Shown here in pieces: positions 42,266-54,216 of a stretch of 64,000 nucleotides of DNA. The stretch is from an uncultured Gemmatimonadales bacterium (GTDB lineage: Bacteria > Gemmatimonadota > Gemmatimonadetes > Gemmatimonadales > GWC2-71-9): the NCBI GenBank assembly GCA_963739455.1, contig CAVUAK010000001.1:1056001-1120000 (forward strand). Reading direction: 5' to 3'. The notes below the pieces were generated by a model. That model worked only from the letters and a program-made list of their open reading frames with translations. It was not told the origin of the DNA and ran no database searches. The position numbers were made by a program, and so were the translations under genes. Every line of letters starts with the position of its first letter. Position 1 is the first letter of the stretch.

Positions 42266-45200
42266 CTAAGCCTTCGGCGCGGCGAGAGCCTCGGATGACG
42301 ATCCGGTTCTGCTCCAGCGCATGCGCCGCCGGATACCCCTCGGCCGGGCTCGCCCGGTCGGGGCGCCCGACATAGCTCAGGGTAGCGCCGCCAGGGAGCA
42401 CCTCGCGCAGCTTCGGCTCGAGGTAGGTCCAGGCGCCCATGTTCCTCGGCTCCTCCTGGGCCCACACCAGTTCCTTGATGCCAGGGTACCGCGCCAGCGT
42501 CTCCCGCAGCTCCGACCACGGGAAGGAGTAGAGCTGCTCGAGGCGAACCAGCGCGAGGGGTGTTGCCTGCTGCTTCGCCGCTTCCGCCAGGATGTCGTAG
42601 TAGACCTTGCCGCTGCACAGCACGACGCGCGTCACCTGGCCTCGGCGACCCTCCACCGACGCATCATCGATGACCGGCTGCCAGCGCCCCTCCGCCAGTT
42701 CCGCCAGTGTCGACGTCGCCTGCGGGTGCCGCAGCAGGCTCTTCGGCGTCATGATGACGAGCGGCCGCTGCCGGCTGCGCTTGGCCTGGCGTCGCAACAG
42801 GTGGAAGTACTGTGCCGGGGTCGTCGCGTTGGCGACCCGGATGTTGCCCTCGGCGCACGCCTGCAGGAAGCGCTCGAGCCGCGCGCTCGAGTGCTCGGGG
42901 CCCTGGCCCTCGTACCCGTGCGGAAGCAGGAGCGTGAGCCGGGTGGTGAGCCCCCACTTGGAGAGACCCGACGACAGGAACTGGTCGATCACCACCTGGG
43001 CCCCGTTGATGAAGTCGCCGAATTGCGCCTCCCACAGCACGAGTGCATCGGGGGCGGCGGCGCTATAGCCATACTCGAATCCGAGCGTCGCAAGTTCGGA
43101 GAGCGGGCTGTTGTGCAACTCGAACGGGGCCATCGAGCCCGGCAGCCTCTGCAGCGGACACCAGGTCACGCCGGTATTCACGTCGTGCAGCACGAGCTGT
43201 CGCTGGCTGAAGGTGCCGCGCTCGACGTCCTGCCCGGTGAAGCGCAGCGGTACCCCCTCCGTCAGCAGGCTCGCGAGTGCGAGCGACTCGGCGTGGGCCC
43301 AGTCGATGCCGCCGTCGGGTCCCAACGCAGGGCGCCTCCGCTCGAGCTGCTTGGCGAGCTTCGGGTGCACGCTGAAATCGGCGGGATACGTGAGCAGCTG
43401 GTCGTTGAGCGCCTTGAGCAGTTCCGGGGCGACACGCGTGTCCACTTCCTGTCCAGCCACGACCTGCTTGCGGGTCTCCGGCGTGGTGCTCTTGCCGGTG
43501 CTCGCCTTGAAGGCCTGCTGGATCTCGACGAGGCGCTGATACGCCGTCGCCGCCATCGCGTCCGCCTCGTCGCTCGTCAGGACGCCCTCAGCCACGAGCT
43601 GGCCGGCGTACTTCTCACGCACCGTCGGCAGCGCCTTGATGCGGTTGTACATGAGCGGCTGCGTGTAGGAGGGCTCGTCGCTCTCGTTGTGCCCGTGGCG
43701 CCGATAGCCCAGCAGGTCGATGAGCACGTCGCGCTGGAACCGCTGCCGGTACGCCATCGCCAGCCGGATCGCACTGAGGCAGTTCTCCGGGTCATCGGCG
43801 TTGACGTGGATGATCGGGACGTCGAAGCCCTTTGCCAGGTCGGAGGCATACCGCGTGGAGCGCGCATCGACGCTGTCGGTGGTGAAGCCGATCTGGTTGT
43901 TCGTGATGAGGTGAATGGTGCCGCCGGTGGCGTAGCCCGCAAGCGCACCAAGATTGAGCGTTTCGGCGACCACACCCTGGCCCGCGAAGGCGGCGTCACC
44001 GTGGATGACCACCGGCAATGCCGCCGAAGCGTCATGATGCGCGTCGCGCCCGCGACGCTGGGTCTGCTCGGCGCGCGCCCGTCCATCTACCACCGGTCCC
44101 ACGAACTCGAGGTGGCTCGGGTTCGGCACCAGGTTCACCGTGATGGCCCGTCCACTCGGCGTGAGGTACGCGCCCTCCGCGCCGTGATGGTACTTCACGT
44201 CACCGGTCCCGCCTTCCGGCGTGAGCAGCCCCGCCTCGACATGACGCCCGCCCTCGAACTCGGCGAAGATCGTGTCGTACGGGCGCCCCACGGTGTGCGC
44301 CAGCACGTTCAGCCGGCCCCGGTGCGCCATGCCGATGACTACCTGGCGCGACCCCTGCTCGTCGGCGGCCATCTCGATGATGGCGTCGAGCATCGGCACC
44401 AGCATGTCGACGCCCTCGATCGAGAATCGCTTCTGGCCCAGGTAGGCCTTGTGCAGGAAACGCTCGAGCGCCTCGACCTGGATCAGCCGCTCGAGCAGCC
44501 GCTTGCGGCGTTCCGTCGGGAGCGCGGTATGCACCGCGCCCGACTCGATCTGTTCGCGGAGCCACACGCGCTCCTCGTGACTCGCGATGTGCTCCACCTG
44601 GTATGCCAGCGTGCCGCAGTAGGTCTCCTGCAGGTGCGGATAGGCATCGAGCAGCGTCTCGCCTGGCACCGCGACTCGCAGGACGGCCGCAGGAATCTGC
44701 GCCATCACGTCCGGCGTAAGCCCGAGCGGTACCGGGTCCAGCGCGGGGTCGCCACTCGGCTCGCTGCCAAGTGGATCGAGGTGAGCGGCGAGGTGTCCAT
44801 GAGTGCGGAACGCCTTCACCAGCGCCATCCCGGCGGCCACGTTGAAGAGCGCGGACGTCGCGATCGGTGCCGCACCGGCCACCGGCGCCGCAACTGCCGC
44901 GACGCTGACGTCCCGTTCGGCGCGTAGCGCCGCGGTCGCAACGCCGAGCGCGGCGGAGATCTCCGAGTAGAAGCCGTCCTCACCCTGCAGCAGCGCGTCA
45001 ACGGTGCCGAGAAAGGCGCCCGACTCGGCGCCCTGGATGATGCGGTGGTCATAGGTGCTGCTGACGGTCATCACCTTCGAGATGCCCAGCTCGGCGATGC
45101 GTGACGCGGCCATCGTGGCAAACTCAGGCGGGAAGGCAATTGATCCGACGGCGATGATGCTGCCCTGGCCCACCATCAACCGCGGCACGGACGCTCGCGT

Positions 45201-45932
45201 GCCGAGACCGCCCGGGTTGGTGAGCGACATGGTGGCACCGGCAAAATCGTCGGGCATCAGCTTGTTGACCCGGGCCTTGTCCACCACGCCCTCGTAGGCG
45301 CGGAGGAAGGCAGCGAAGTCCATCGCCTCGGCGCCCTTGATGACGGGTACGACCAGGCCGCGGCTGCCGTCCTTGCGGGTCACGTCCACCGCGAGGCCGA
45401 GATTGATTCCCGCTGGAGTCACCCGTACCGGCTTTCCGTCCTGCTCGGCAAAGGTGTGGCTCATGACGGGATGCTGCTTCGTCGCGCGGACAATCGCCCA
45501 TGCGATCAGGTGCGTAAACGAGATCTTCTCGCTGCGGCCCGCCTGCTTGAGTGCGGCATTGAGCGCCTTCCGGGCATTCTCCAGCTGCGCCACGGGGAGC
45601 TCACGGAAGGTCGTGGCCGTCGGGACGGTGAGGCTCTCGTTCATGTTCTGCACGAGACGCGCGGCCGGACCCTTGATGGGGGTGGCGCTCGTCAGGGCCG
45701 GTGAGGCGGGTAGGGTGGGTGGAGCGGGTGCGGCCTCGCGGGCAACACCGACGTCGACGGCATCAGTCCGCGCCGTGGTGCCGCTGCCGTTCAGCGCCGG
45801 CGCCTCCCCAACGACGCCACTCTCGAACAACTGGCGCCATTCCGTGTCGACCGAAGCCGGATCACGGAGAAATTCCTCGTACATGACTTGCGCGAAGCCG
45901 GCATTGGCCGTCTCGAACACGTTCGGATCCAC
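42266..45932 (-). CDS. kgd: Multifunctional 2-oxoglutarate dehydrogenase (E2 acyltransferase plus E1 fusion, Kgd/OdhA type); frameshift near the 3' end
   Basis: E2-like TYDHRIIQGAESG; E1 KRFSIEG, GMAHRGRLN, HGDAAFAGQG, WEAQFGDF, GPEHSSAR; probable true stop at 42266-42268. Confidence 0.93.
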
Positions 45933-45964
45933 GGACTACTCTCCTGGTGTCATCGGCACCCCGG

Positions 45965-47648
45965 CTAGGACTGCCGGGACGGCAAACTCCTGAAAGTTAG
46001 TGGAAGTTCGGGCACGGCGGTGAGGGGGAGCGTCCGGCCGGTCAGGGCCCGGTAGGCTGCCACCTCGCGCTCCTGCTCCCCAGGGGTCCAGCGCAGCTCC
46101 CGTCCCAGGAGCTCGGCCGTCCTGGCGGCAGCCGAGGCCCCCTGGTCCCTGGCCTCGTAAAACAGGTGTATCCGCCGTACCAGGACGTCGGCGACCGATC
46201 GGGCGAACTCCTTTCGGGCGGCATGAAGCACCTCGGCGGCCACGGCCGGGTGATCGGGCTGCAGACGGTCGGCAAGGCCGGGCTCGCTCCGCATCAGGTT
46301 GAAGATGCCGGCCGCCTCGGTGCCGTAGTGCCGGAGCATGTGCTCGACGGTAGCCACATCCACCCCCGAATCGACCCCGACCGAGCGAATGGCGGCGAGG
46401 CTGGCAGACTCGCCGCCTGGCAGTGGCTCCTGGTCGGTCCCGGCCTCGGACGGCCATGCTCCCCGTGCCTCCGCATTGAGGCGTCTCACCACGTGGTCGA
46501 CCACCTGCGCCGACATCAGCCGGTATGTCGTCAGCTTGCCACCTGCCACCGTTACCATGCCGCCCGGCCCGTCGGTGACGATATGCTCCCGGGACACCGC
46601 CGCAGCGCCGACGGCGCCGTCCTCGATGAGCGGTCGCAGGCCAGCCCAGGTCGCCACCACGTCCTCTTCGCCCAGGTGGGCATTGGGAAAGCGGCTGTTC
46701 GCCGAGCGCAGGAGGTAGCGTACGTCCTCGGACGAGGCCCGCACCTCGTCGGGGGACTCGGCGGTGTCGGTGTCGGTGGTGCCGATGTAGGACCACGCGC
46801 CCCAGGGGAGGATGAACATCAACCTGCCGTCCAGGGGACTCGTGAAGGTGATGGCCTCGTGATTGCCAAGACGCTCGCGCGGTACCACGGCGTGAGTGCC
46901 CTTGGTGAGGCGCAGCAGGCGCGGCGCTCGGGGATCCTCGAGCCGGCGGACCTGGTCCGCCCATGGGCCGGTGGCGTTGACCACCATGGATGCGCGCAGG
47001 GTGGCCTCGCGACCGGTACGGACGTCGACGCAGCTGGGCGCCGGCCACCCGGCCGTGATCCAGAACCAGTCCCGTCACCGTAGTGTATGTGAGGATGGTG
47101 GCGCCATGCTCATGCGCCGAGCGCGCCGTGGCCACCACGAGGCGGGCGTCGTCGCACTGGGCATCGAAGTAGCGCGCCCCTCCGCGCAGCCCCGCGGCGC
47201 GAAGCCCGGGCTCCCGCGAGAGCAGGGCGCGCTTGCCCAGCATCTTGTGTGGGCTCACATTGCGGAACAGTGCGAGCAGGTCGTACACCCACATGCCGGC
47301 AGCAAGCTGCCAGCGGCGGAGCCGGTCGCCGTCGTGCACCGGGAACACGAACGGCAGCGGCCAGACCAGGTGCGGAGCGATGCGCCGCAGGACGGCGCGC
47401 TCGCGCAGCGATTCGAAGACGAGGCGCAGCTCGCCATGCTCGAGGTAGCGGAGCCCGCCGTGTACCAGGCGGCTGGAGCGGCTGCTGGTGCCGAAGGCCA
47501 AGTCGTTCTGCTCGACCAGCACCGTGCGCATGCCCCGCATCGCGGCGTCACGCGCGACACCGGCACCGACAATGCCGCCACCGATGACGAGGAGATCCAC
47601 GGCGCGACTCGCTGTTTCCTTCAGTGATGCCGGCCGGTCCGATTCCAC
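45965..47648 (-). CDS. glpD: FAD-dependent glycerol-3-phosphate dehydrogenase (frameshift ~47020)
   Basis: LLVIGGGIVG, GTSSRSSRLVHGGLRYLE, VVNATGPW, WAGLRPL, GGKLTTYR. Confidence 0.92.
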
Positions 47649-48197
47649 GTGCCTCCTCACCCTCCTCTCCCGCTTACGCGGCCCAGCACCTGGTTTGCCT
47701 GGCAGGCCGACCGGCTCATGCCGGGAAGCCGCGTACTCGACCTTGCCTGCGGCACCGGTCGGCATGCCATCGCCGCGGCGCAGCGTGGTGCCACGGTGGT
47801 GGCCGTCGATCGCGATGCCGAGAGCCTGGCCACCGCGCGCGAGTTCGCGGCGGCGGCCGGCGTGCGGGTGGACTGGCAGCAGGCCGACCTCGAGGACGCC
47901 TGGCCCGACTGGGGCCTCTTTGATGCCGTCCTGATCTTCAACTACCTCGACCGGCCGCGCTTTCCCCGGGCCCTGGACGCGGTGCGCCCGGGCGGGCTGC
48001 TCATCGCGGAGAGTTTCCTGACCACCCAGCGCGAACAGGGATGGGGTCCCACCGCCGATGCACACCTGCTGCTGCCCGGCGAGCTCGCCCGCCTGGTTGC
48101 GCCGTTCGAGATAATGCATGGGCGCGAGGTCGCCGAGCCCGTCGATACAGAGCGCTGGCGCCACGTGGCCAGCGTGTGTGCGCGCAACTCCGGTTGA
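47649..48197 (+). CDS. Class I SAM-dependent methyltransferase (TehB-like); start may be 47718
   Basis: VLDLACGTGRH, FNYLDR, VRPGGLL. Confidence 0.85.
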   Translation: MPPHPPLPLTRPSTWFAWQADRLMPGSRVLDLACGTGRHAIAAAQRGATVVAVDRDAESLATAREFAAAAGVRVDWQQADLEDAWPDWGLFDAVLIFNYLDRPRFPRALDAVRPGGLLIAESFLTTQREQGWGPTADAHLLLPGELARLVAPFEIMHGREVAEPVDTERWRHVASVCARNSG

Positions 48198-48222
48198 CGA
48201 AGTCTAACGGGGCTCCATCCGC

Positions 48223-49519
48223 ATGTCCTTCCCAGTGACCGACCGTCGCGTCGCGATCGTCGCGGGCCTTCGCACGCCCTTCGCCCGCAGCGGCACCGTC
48301 CTCCGCGACGCGGCGGGCGTGGCCATGGCCCGGCACGCCGCGCGCGAGCTGCTCTATCGGACGGAGCTCGACGGTGCACTCGTCGACGAGGTCATCCTGG
48401 GCCAGGTCGTGCCGTCGGTGCTGACGCCGAACGTGGCGCGCGAGGTCAGCCTGCTGCCGCAGTTCCCGCGCACGATCCCCGCATACACGCTCAACCGGGC
48501 CTGCGCGTCCGCGGCACAGGCCATCACCAACGCCGCAGACCAGATCCGGCTCGGCCACGCCGACGTGATCCTCGCCGGCGGGGTGGAATCACTCTCGGAT
48601 ATTCCGGTCCTGCACTCGCGCCGCTTCAGCCGGCTGCTGGTGGACGCGAGCAAGGCGAAGACACTGGGGCAGCGGCTGGGCATCTTCGCGCAGGTGCGGC
48701 CCCGCGACCTCATTCCGGTGACCCCGGCGATTGCCGAGCCGTCTACCGGCGAATCGATGGGCCAGTCGGCCGAGAAGATGGCGAAGGAGAATGGCATCAG
48801 CCGCGAGGAGCAGGATCGGCTGGCACTGCAGAGCCACGTGCGCGCCGCCGCCGGCACCGCCGATGGCCGGCTCACTGCGGAGATCGCGCCGTGGTTCGGC
48901 GGCAAGGGTGGCGACGAGGTGGTGACCAGCGACAACGGCATCCGCAGCGACTCCTCGCTCGAGCAACTGGCGAAGCTGCGCCCGGTCTTCGATCGCACCT
49001 ACGGCACCGTCACCGCCGGGCAACAGTTCGCCGCTCACCGACGGAGCGGCGATGGTGCTGCTCATGTCCGAGGAGCGCGCCCGCAGCCTGGGATACGAGC
49101 CGCTCGCGTTCCTCCGCAGCTATGCCGTTGCCGCCGTCGATCCGGGATGGCAGCTGCTCATGGGACCCGCGTACGCCGTGCCGAAGGCGCTCGAGCGCGC
49201 CGGCATTCCCTGGGGCGAGCTCGGCCTGGTCGAGATTCACGAGGCGTTTGCGGCGCAGGTGCTCTCGAACGTCCAGGCGTGGGGGTCCGCGCGCTGGGCC
49301 GAGCGCCTGGGGCTGCCCGGCCCCGTCGGGGAGGTGGACTGGGAGCGCACCAATGTCACCGGCGGCTCCATCGCGATCGGTCACCCGTTCGGCGCCACGG
49401 GCGCGCGCATCGTCACCACGCTGGCGAACGAGATGCAGCGGCGCGACGTGCAGTTCGGGCTGATCTCCATCTGCGCGCAGGGCGGCATGGGCAGCGCGCT
49501 GGTCCTCGAGAGGACGTGA
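48223..49519 (+). CDS. fadI: Acetyl-CoA acyltransferase (thiolase, FadI type; frameshift ~49020)
   Basis: NRACAS, EIHEAFAAQ, GGSIAIGHPFGATG, ICAQGG. Confidence 0.93.
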
Positions 49520-49521
49520 TC

Positions 49522-51660
49522 GTGCCTGCCCTCACTGTCGAAATCGAGGCGGGCGTCGCGGTGGTGACGCTCGACGTGCCCGGCGCACCGGTCAACACCC
49601 TGTCCACCGCCGTGGCGCAGGAGTTCGACGGACTCCTGACGCGCCTCGAGAACGATCCGGAGGTGAGCGCCATCGTGCTCATCTCCGGCAAGCCCGACAA
49701 CTTCATCGCCGGCGCTGACATCGAGGAGTTCACGCGCCTGCGCACCGCGGAGGAGGCCACGAGCCTCAGTCGGCGCGCGCAGGAGCTGATGAATCGCGTC
49801 GCGGCGAGCCGCAAGCCGGTCGTGGCCGCCATTCACGGCAGCTGCCTCGGCGGCGGGCTCGAACTCGCGCTGGCCTGTCACTGGCGCGTCGCCACCGATC
49901 ACCCGAAGACCCAGCTCGGGCTGCCCGAGGTCCAGCTCGGCATCATTCCCGGTGCCGGTGGCTGCAATCGCCTGCCGCGCCTCATCGGTGTCCGCGCGGC
50001 GCTCGACATCATCCTGGCCGGCAAGTCCGAGCGCGCGGCGAAGGCGCACAAGCTTGGGCTCGCCGATGAGCTGGTCCATCCGGCGATCCTGCGCGACGTG
50101 GCGCAGCGCGCCGCGACACGACTGGCGAAGGACGGTGTGCCGGTGCGGTCACCGAAGCGCGGCCGTGGCGGGCTTGCTGCTCGACGGCACCGCGCCGGGG
50201 CGCGCCCTGGTGTACCGCATGGCGCAGAAACAGGTGCTGTCGAAGACCGGGGGGCACTACCCCGCGCCGCTCGCAGCACTCGACACTGTTCGCGTAAGCC
50301 TGTCGCGCGGCATGGAAGCAGGGCTGGCGTATGAGGCGCTGCGCTTCGGCGAGCTTGCCGTCACCGATGTCTCGCGCAACCTGGTGGCCATCTTCTTCGC
50401 CACCACGGCGCTCAAGAAGGACGACGGCGTTCCGCCCGGCGCGGCGGGCGGCTCGGCCCGGTGGGCCGTATCGGCGTGGTCGGCGCCGGGTTCATGGGCG
50501 CCGGCATTGCGGGCACCGCGGCGCTCAACGCCGAGGTCGAGGTGCGCATGCGCGACGCCGACCTGCCGCGCGTGGGCAAGGGCCTCAAGGCCGCGACCGC
50601 AATCCTGGACCAGCGCCTGAAGCGGAAGCGCCTCAGCCGCCCGGAGTACCAGCGACTCGCGGCACTCATCTCCGGCTCGGCGGACGACAGCGGCTTTCGG
50701 GCGCGCGGACCTCGTCATCGAGGCGGTCTTCGAGGACCTCGAGGTCAAGCGCGAGGTGGTGGGCGCGCTGGAGCAAGTGCTGTCGGCCCCGAGGCGGTCA
50801 TTGCGACGAACACCTCGACCATCCCGATCGCCGACATCGCTGCCGGGGCGGAGCGCCCCGATCGGGTGCTCGGCATGCACTTCTTCTCGCCGGTCGAGAA
50901 AATGCCGCTGCTCGAGGTCATCCCGCACGAGGGCACCTCCGCGCGGTCCATCGCCACCGCGGTGCGCTTCGGCCGGCGCATGGGCAAGACCGTCATCGTC
51001 GTCGGCGACCTGCCGGGGTTCTGGGTCAACCGCATCCTGACGCCCTACCTCAACGAAGCGGGCATCCTGCTGATGGAAGGTGCCCCGATGGATGTCCTCG
51101 ACCGGGTGATGACGCGCTTCGGCTTCCCGGTCGGTCCGGTGACGCTGCTCGACGAGGTGGGGCTCGATGTGGCACAGAAGGCCGCCGGCGTCATGCACGG
51201 CGCCTTCGGCGCGCGGATGGCGCCGTCTGACTTCGTTCGCACGATGACGGCAGACGGGCGCCTGGGACGCAAGAACGGCCGGGGCTTCTATCGCTATGAG
51301 GGCGGGAAGAGGCTCGGCCCGGACGATTCCGTCTATGCGTTGGCCGGGGTGACCAAGCTGCCGAACATCGACGAACCGTGGGTGGAGCGACGGCTGGTGT
51401 ACGCGATGCTCAACGAGGCGGCCCTGGCCGAGGCCGATGGCGTCATCCGCTCGCCGCGCGACGGTGACATCGGGGCGATCTTCGGCATCGGTTTCCCGCC
51501 CTTCAGGGGCGGTCCGCTACGCATGATCGATTCGGTGGGGGCCGCGCAGGTGGTTCGCACGCTGCGCGAATTGGGCGACGCCCATGGCGGGCGGTTTGAT
51601 CCAGCGCCCAGCCTGGTGGAGATGGCTGGGCGCGGAGGGCGGTACTACCCGGACGCCTGA
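49522..51660 (+). CDS. fadJ: Fatty acid oxidation complex alpha subunit (enoyl-CoA hydratase/3-hydroxyacyl-CoA dehydrogenase; several frameshifts)
   Basis: FIAGADI, CLGGGLE, GLPEVQLG; VVGAGFMGAGIA, ATNTST, GMHFFSPVEKMPLLE, GFPPFRGGP. Confidence 0.92.
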
Positions 51661-51667
51661 CCTGGGA

Positions 51668-52198
51668 TCAGGAAAGCTCGTCGCCGTCGGGCGGTGGCGG
51701 TGGCTCGGTCGTCGGACGCGACGCGGCCCACGTTTCCCAGGTGAGGTGGCAGCGGTCCTGGAAATACTCTGGCGGATGTCCCGCCCTGTTCAGCAGGGCA
51801 TGCAGCATTTCATGGCGCACGACCATCTCGTGCTCCACATAGTTGCCGGCGATCACGATGCGGATGTCGTTGCCCGTCTTGATCCGGATGCCGACCTTTT
51901 CCCCCTCAGCGGTGGGGAAGGTGGACACGCCCGGGACGACGTACCACTTGATGCGACCGATGTTGCCCTGGATGGCAGAGCAGCCTTCGGTGCTGACCCA
52001 CCAAGCCTGATACTCGGCCGGCGGCACGAAAGCCTGTGCACCGTCGGGCAATGTGCTCGTTGGTTCCGTGGTGCATCCCAGCAATGGGATGAGCAACGCG
52101 GGAAGGAAGGCTCGGCTGAACGGCCGACGCCGGACGGGCAGTTCCGGTTCCTGAGAGAACCGGTTTCGAACTGGCGTGGAACGCATTGCGTCTCCCAC
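51668..52198 (-). CDS. Hypothetical lipoprotein with HExxH motif
   Basis: LLIPLLGC lipobox; VVRHEMLHALLNRAGH. Confidence 0.65.
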   Translation of the reverse strand: MGDAMRSTPVRNRFSQEPELPVRRRPFSRAFLPALLIPLLGCTTEPTSTLPDGAQAFVPPAEYQAWWVSTEGCSAIQGNIGRIKWYVVPGVSTFPTAEGEKVGIRIKTGNDIRIVIAGNYVEHEMVVRHEMLHALLNRAGHPPEYFQDRCHLTWETWAASRPTTEPPPPPDGDELS

Positions 52199-52555
52199 GC
52201 CCGATAATTTCCACCTTCGGCACCGAGCTATCTCTTGCGCAGGGGGCGCTCGAGACCTCTAGTTTTGCGGCCCCGGATCACTCCGGGTGTGCTCTTATCG
52301 GGCGGTCAGTGGGTTGACCCTATCACCGTCAAGTTTGACGGCACCTCGAACCTACGGGCTGCGGGATATGGGGTCAACGACGGCAAAATTGACGATCATA
52401 AATATCTTGTTGGGAAACTACTTAGACATGTTTACTGCCCAGAATATTGACACCGCTTTTGGCGCCTAGCAGTATTACATGTCGAAGCAGCGCAACAGAA
52501 TTCCCAAATTTCTGCTCTCATTGGTGGACACCACAGCCGCTTTTGGAGTTATCCT

Positions 52556-54126
52556 GTGACTCGTTTCTTCACTCTGGCTGCTCGCAATCACCTCGCTTTC
52601 TGCCGTCCAGCTTCACGCCCAGACGCTTCCCGGTCGAGGATCCGGTGCTTCGGCGACTCTGGTCGCTCGGCATCGACAGCAGCAAGACCTACGAACTGGC
52701 GCAGCCGCTCCTCGACTCGATCGGGCCGCGTCTGACCGGGTCACCGGCCATCCGGTCCGGGAACGACTGGCTCGTCGCGCGCTACCAGGAGTGGGGCATC
52801 ACCGCGAGGAACGAGCAGTACGGCACCTGGCGCGAGCTGGCGGCGCGGGATCACGCACTTCGACCTGCTCTCGCCGCGCGTGCGCTACACTCGAGGCGAT
52901 GACGCTGGCCTGGAGCACGCCGACGAAGGGCAAGGTCGAGGGCAAGGTCATCATCCTTCCCGATCTCGCGGACAGCGCGGCCTTCAAGGCGTGGCTGCCC
53001 GACGGCGAAGGGCAACTTCATCCTCGCGTCATTTCCGCAGCCGACCTGCCGGCCCGATTCCAGCTTCAAGCAGAACGCGCTGCCCGCGACCTGGGATAGC
53101 CTCCTGGCGACTCGGAAGCGCGGGCGGGACGACTGGACAGCGCGCGTGCAGCGCACCGGCCTGCAGGGTGATGCGCTCGTCGTGGCCCTCGCCGATGCCG
53201 GTGCCGCCGGCGTCGTCACGTCGCTCTGGTCGCAGGGATGGGGCGTCGACAAGATCTTCGGTACGCGGGCCACGAAGGCGCCGGTGGTCGACGTGAGCTG
53301 CGAGGACTACGGCCTCCTCTTCCGGCTCGCCGAGCGGAACCAGTCGCCGGTCGTGCGCCTCGAAGCCCAGTCGGAGGCGCTTGGCGAGCAGCCGGTCTTC
53401 AACACGATCGCGGAGATTCGTGGCGTCGAGAAGCCCGACGAGTACGTCATGCTCTCGGCCCACTTCGACAGCTGGGACGGCGCGTCCGGTGCGACGGACA
53501 ACGGCACCGGCACCATCACGATGCTCGAGGCGGCGCGGCTGCTGAGCATCGCCTACCCGAGGCCGAAGCGCACGATCATCATCGGGCACTGGAGCGGTGA
53601 GGAGCAGGGGCTGAACGGGTCGCGCGCCTGGGCCGCCGATCACCCGGAAGTCGTGCAGCACCTGCAGGCGCTGTTCAACCAGGACAACGGCACCGGACGG
53701 ATCCAGACCATCTCGACGCAGGGGCTCACCGGGGCCGGTGCGTTCTTCGCCAACTGGTTTGCCCGGCTTCCCACCGAGCTCACGGCCGACATCAAGCTGC
53801 AGATTCCCGGTACCCCGGGCAGCGGCGGCACCGACAACGCCAGCTTCGTCTGCTACGGCGCGCCGGCCTTCGGGCTCGGCTCGCTGCCCTGGGAGTACTT
53901 CACCTACACCTGGCACACGAACCGCGACACCTTCGACAAGATCGTGTTCGACGAGTTGAAGCAGAACGCGACGCTGGCCGCGATGCTGGTGTACCTGGCC
54001 TCGGAGGATCCGCAGTCAATGCCGCGGGATCGACGCGTCATGCCGGTGGATCCCGCCACCGGGAAGGCGCGACCATGGCCGGAGTGCACGAAGCCGGCGC
54101 GCACCAGCGCGGAGAGCCAACGGTAG
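52556..54126 (+). CDS. M28 family (carboxypeptidase Q-like) secreted peptidase; multiple 5' frameshifts
   Basis: GGAG RBS, GTG start; LLDSIGPRLTGSP, LSAHFDSWDGASGATDNGTG, WSGEEQGL, TWHTNRDTFDK. Confidence 0.88.
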
Positions 54127-54216
54127 CCGCGCGCAAGACGCCGAGGATAGGCAACCTGACGACCGCCCCTTAGCTTGGGGGCGGTCGCCGGAACCCCCAG
54201 CAAGGATGCTGATCGC

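Noticed and set aside
42321..44927. Long antisense ORFs (e.g. 42321-44927, 27365-29152, 34193-35968, 35320-37128)
   Set aside because: Shadow ORFs opposite well-supported high-GC genes.
47640..47720. Abutting divergent starts of glpD and the methyltransferase (CACGTG)
   Set aside because: Start codons are uncertain; ATG 47718 would leave a normal gap.
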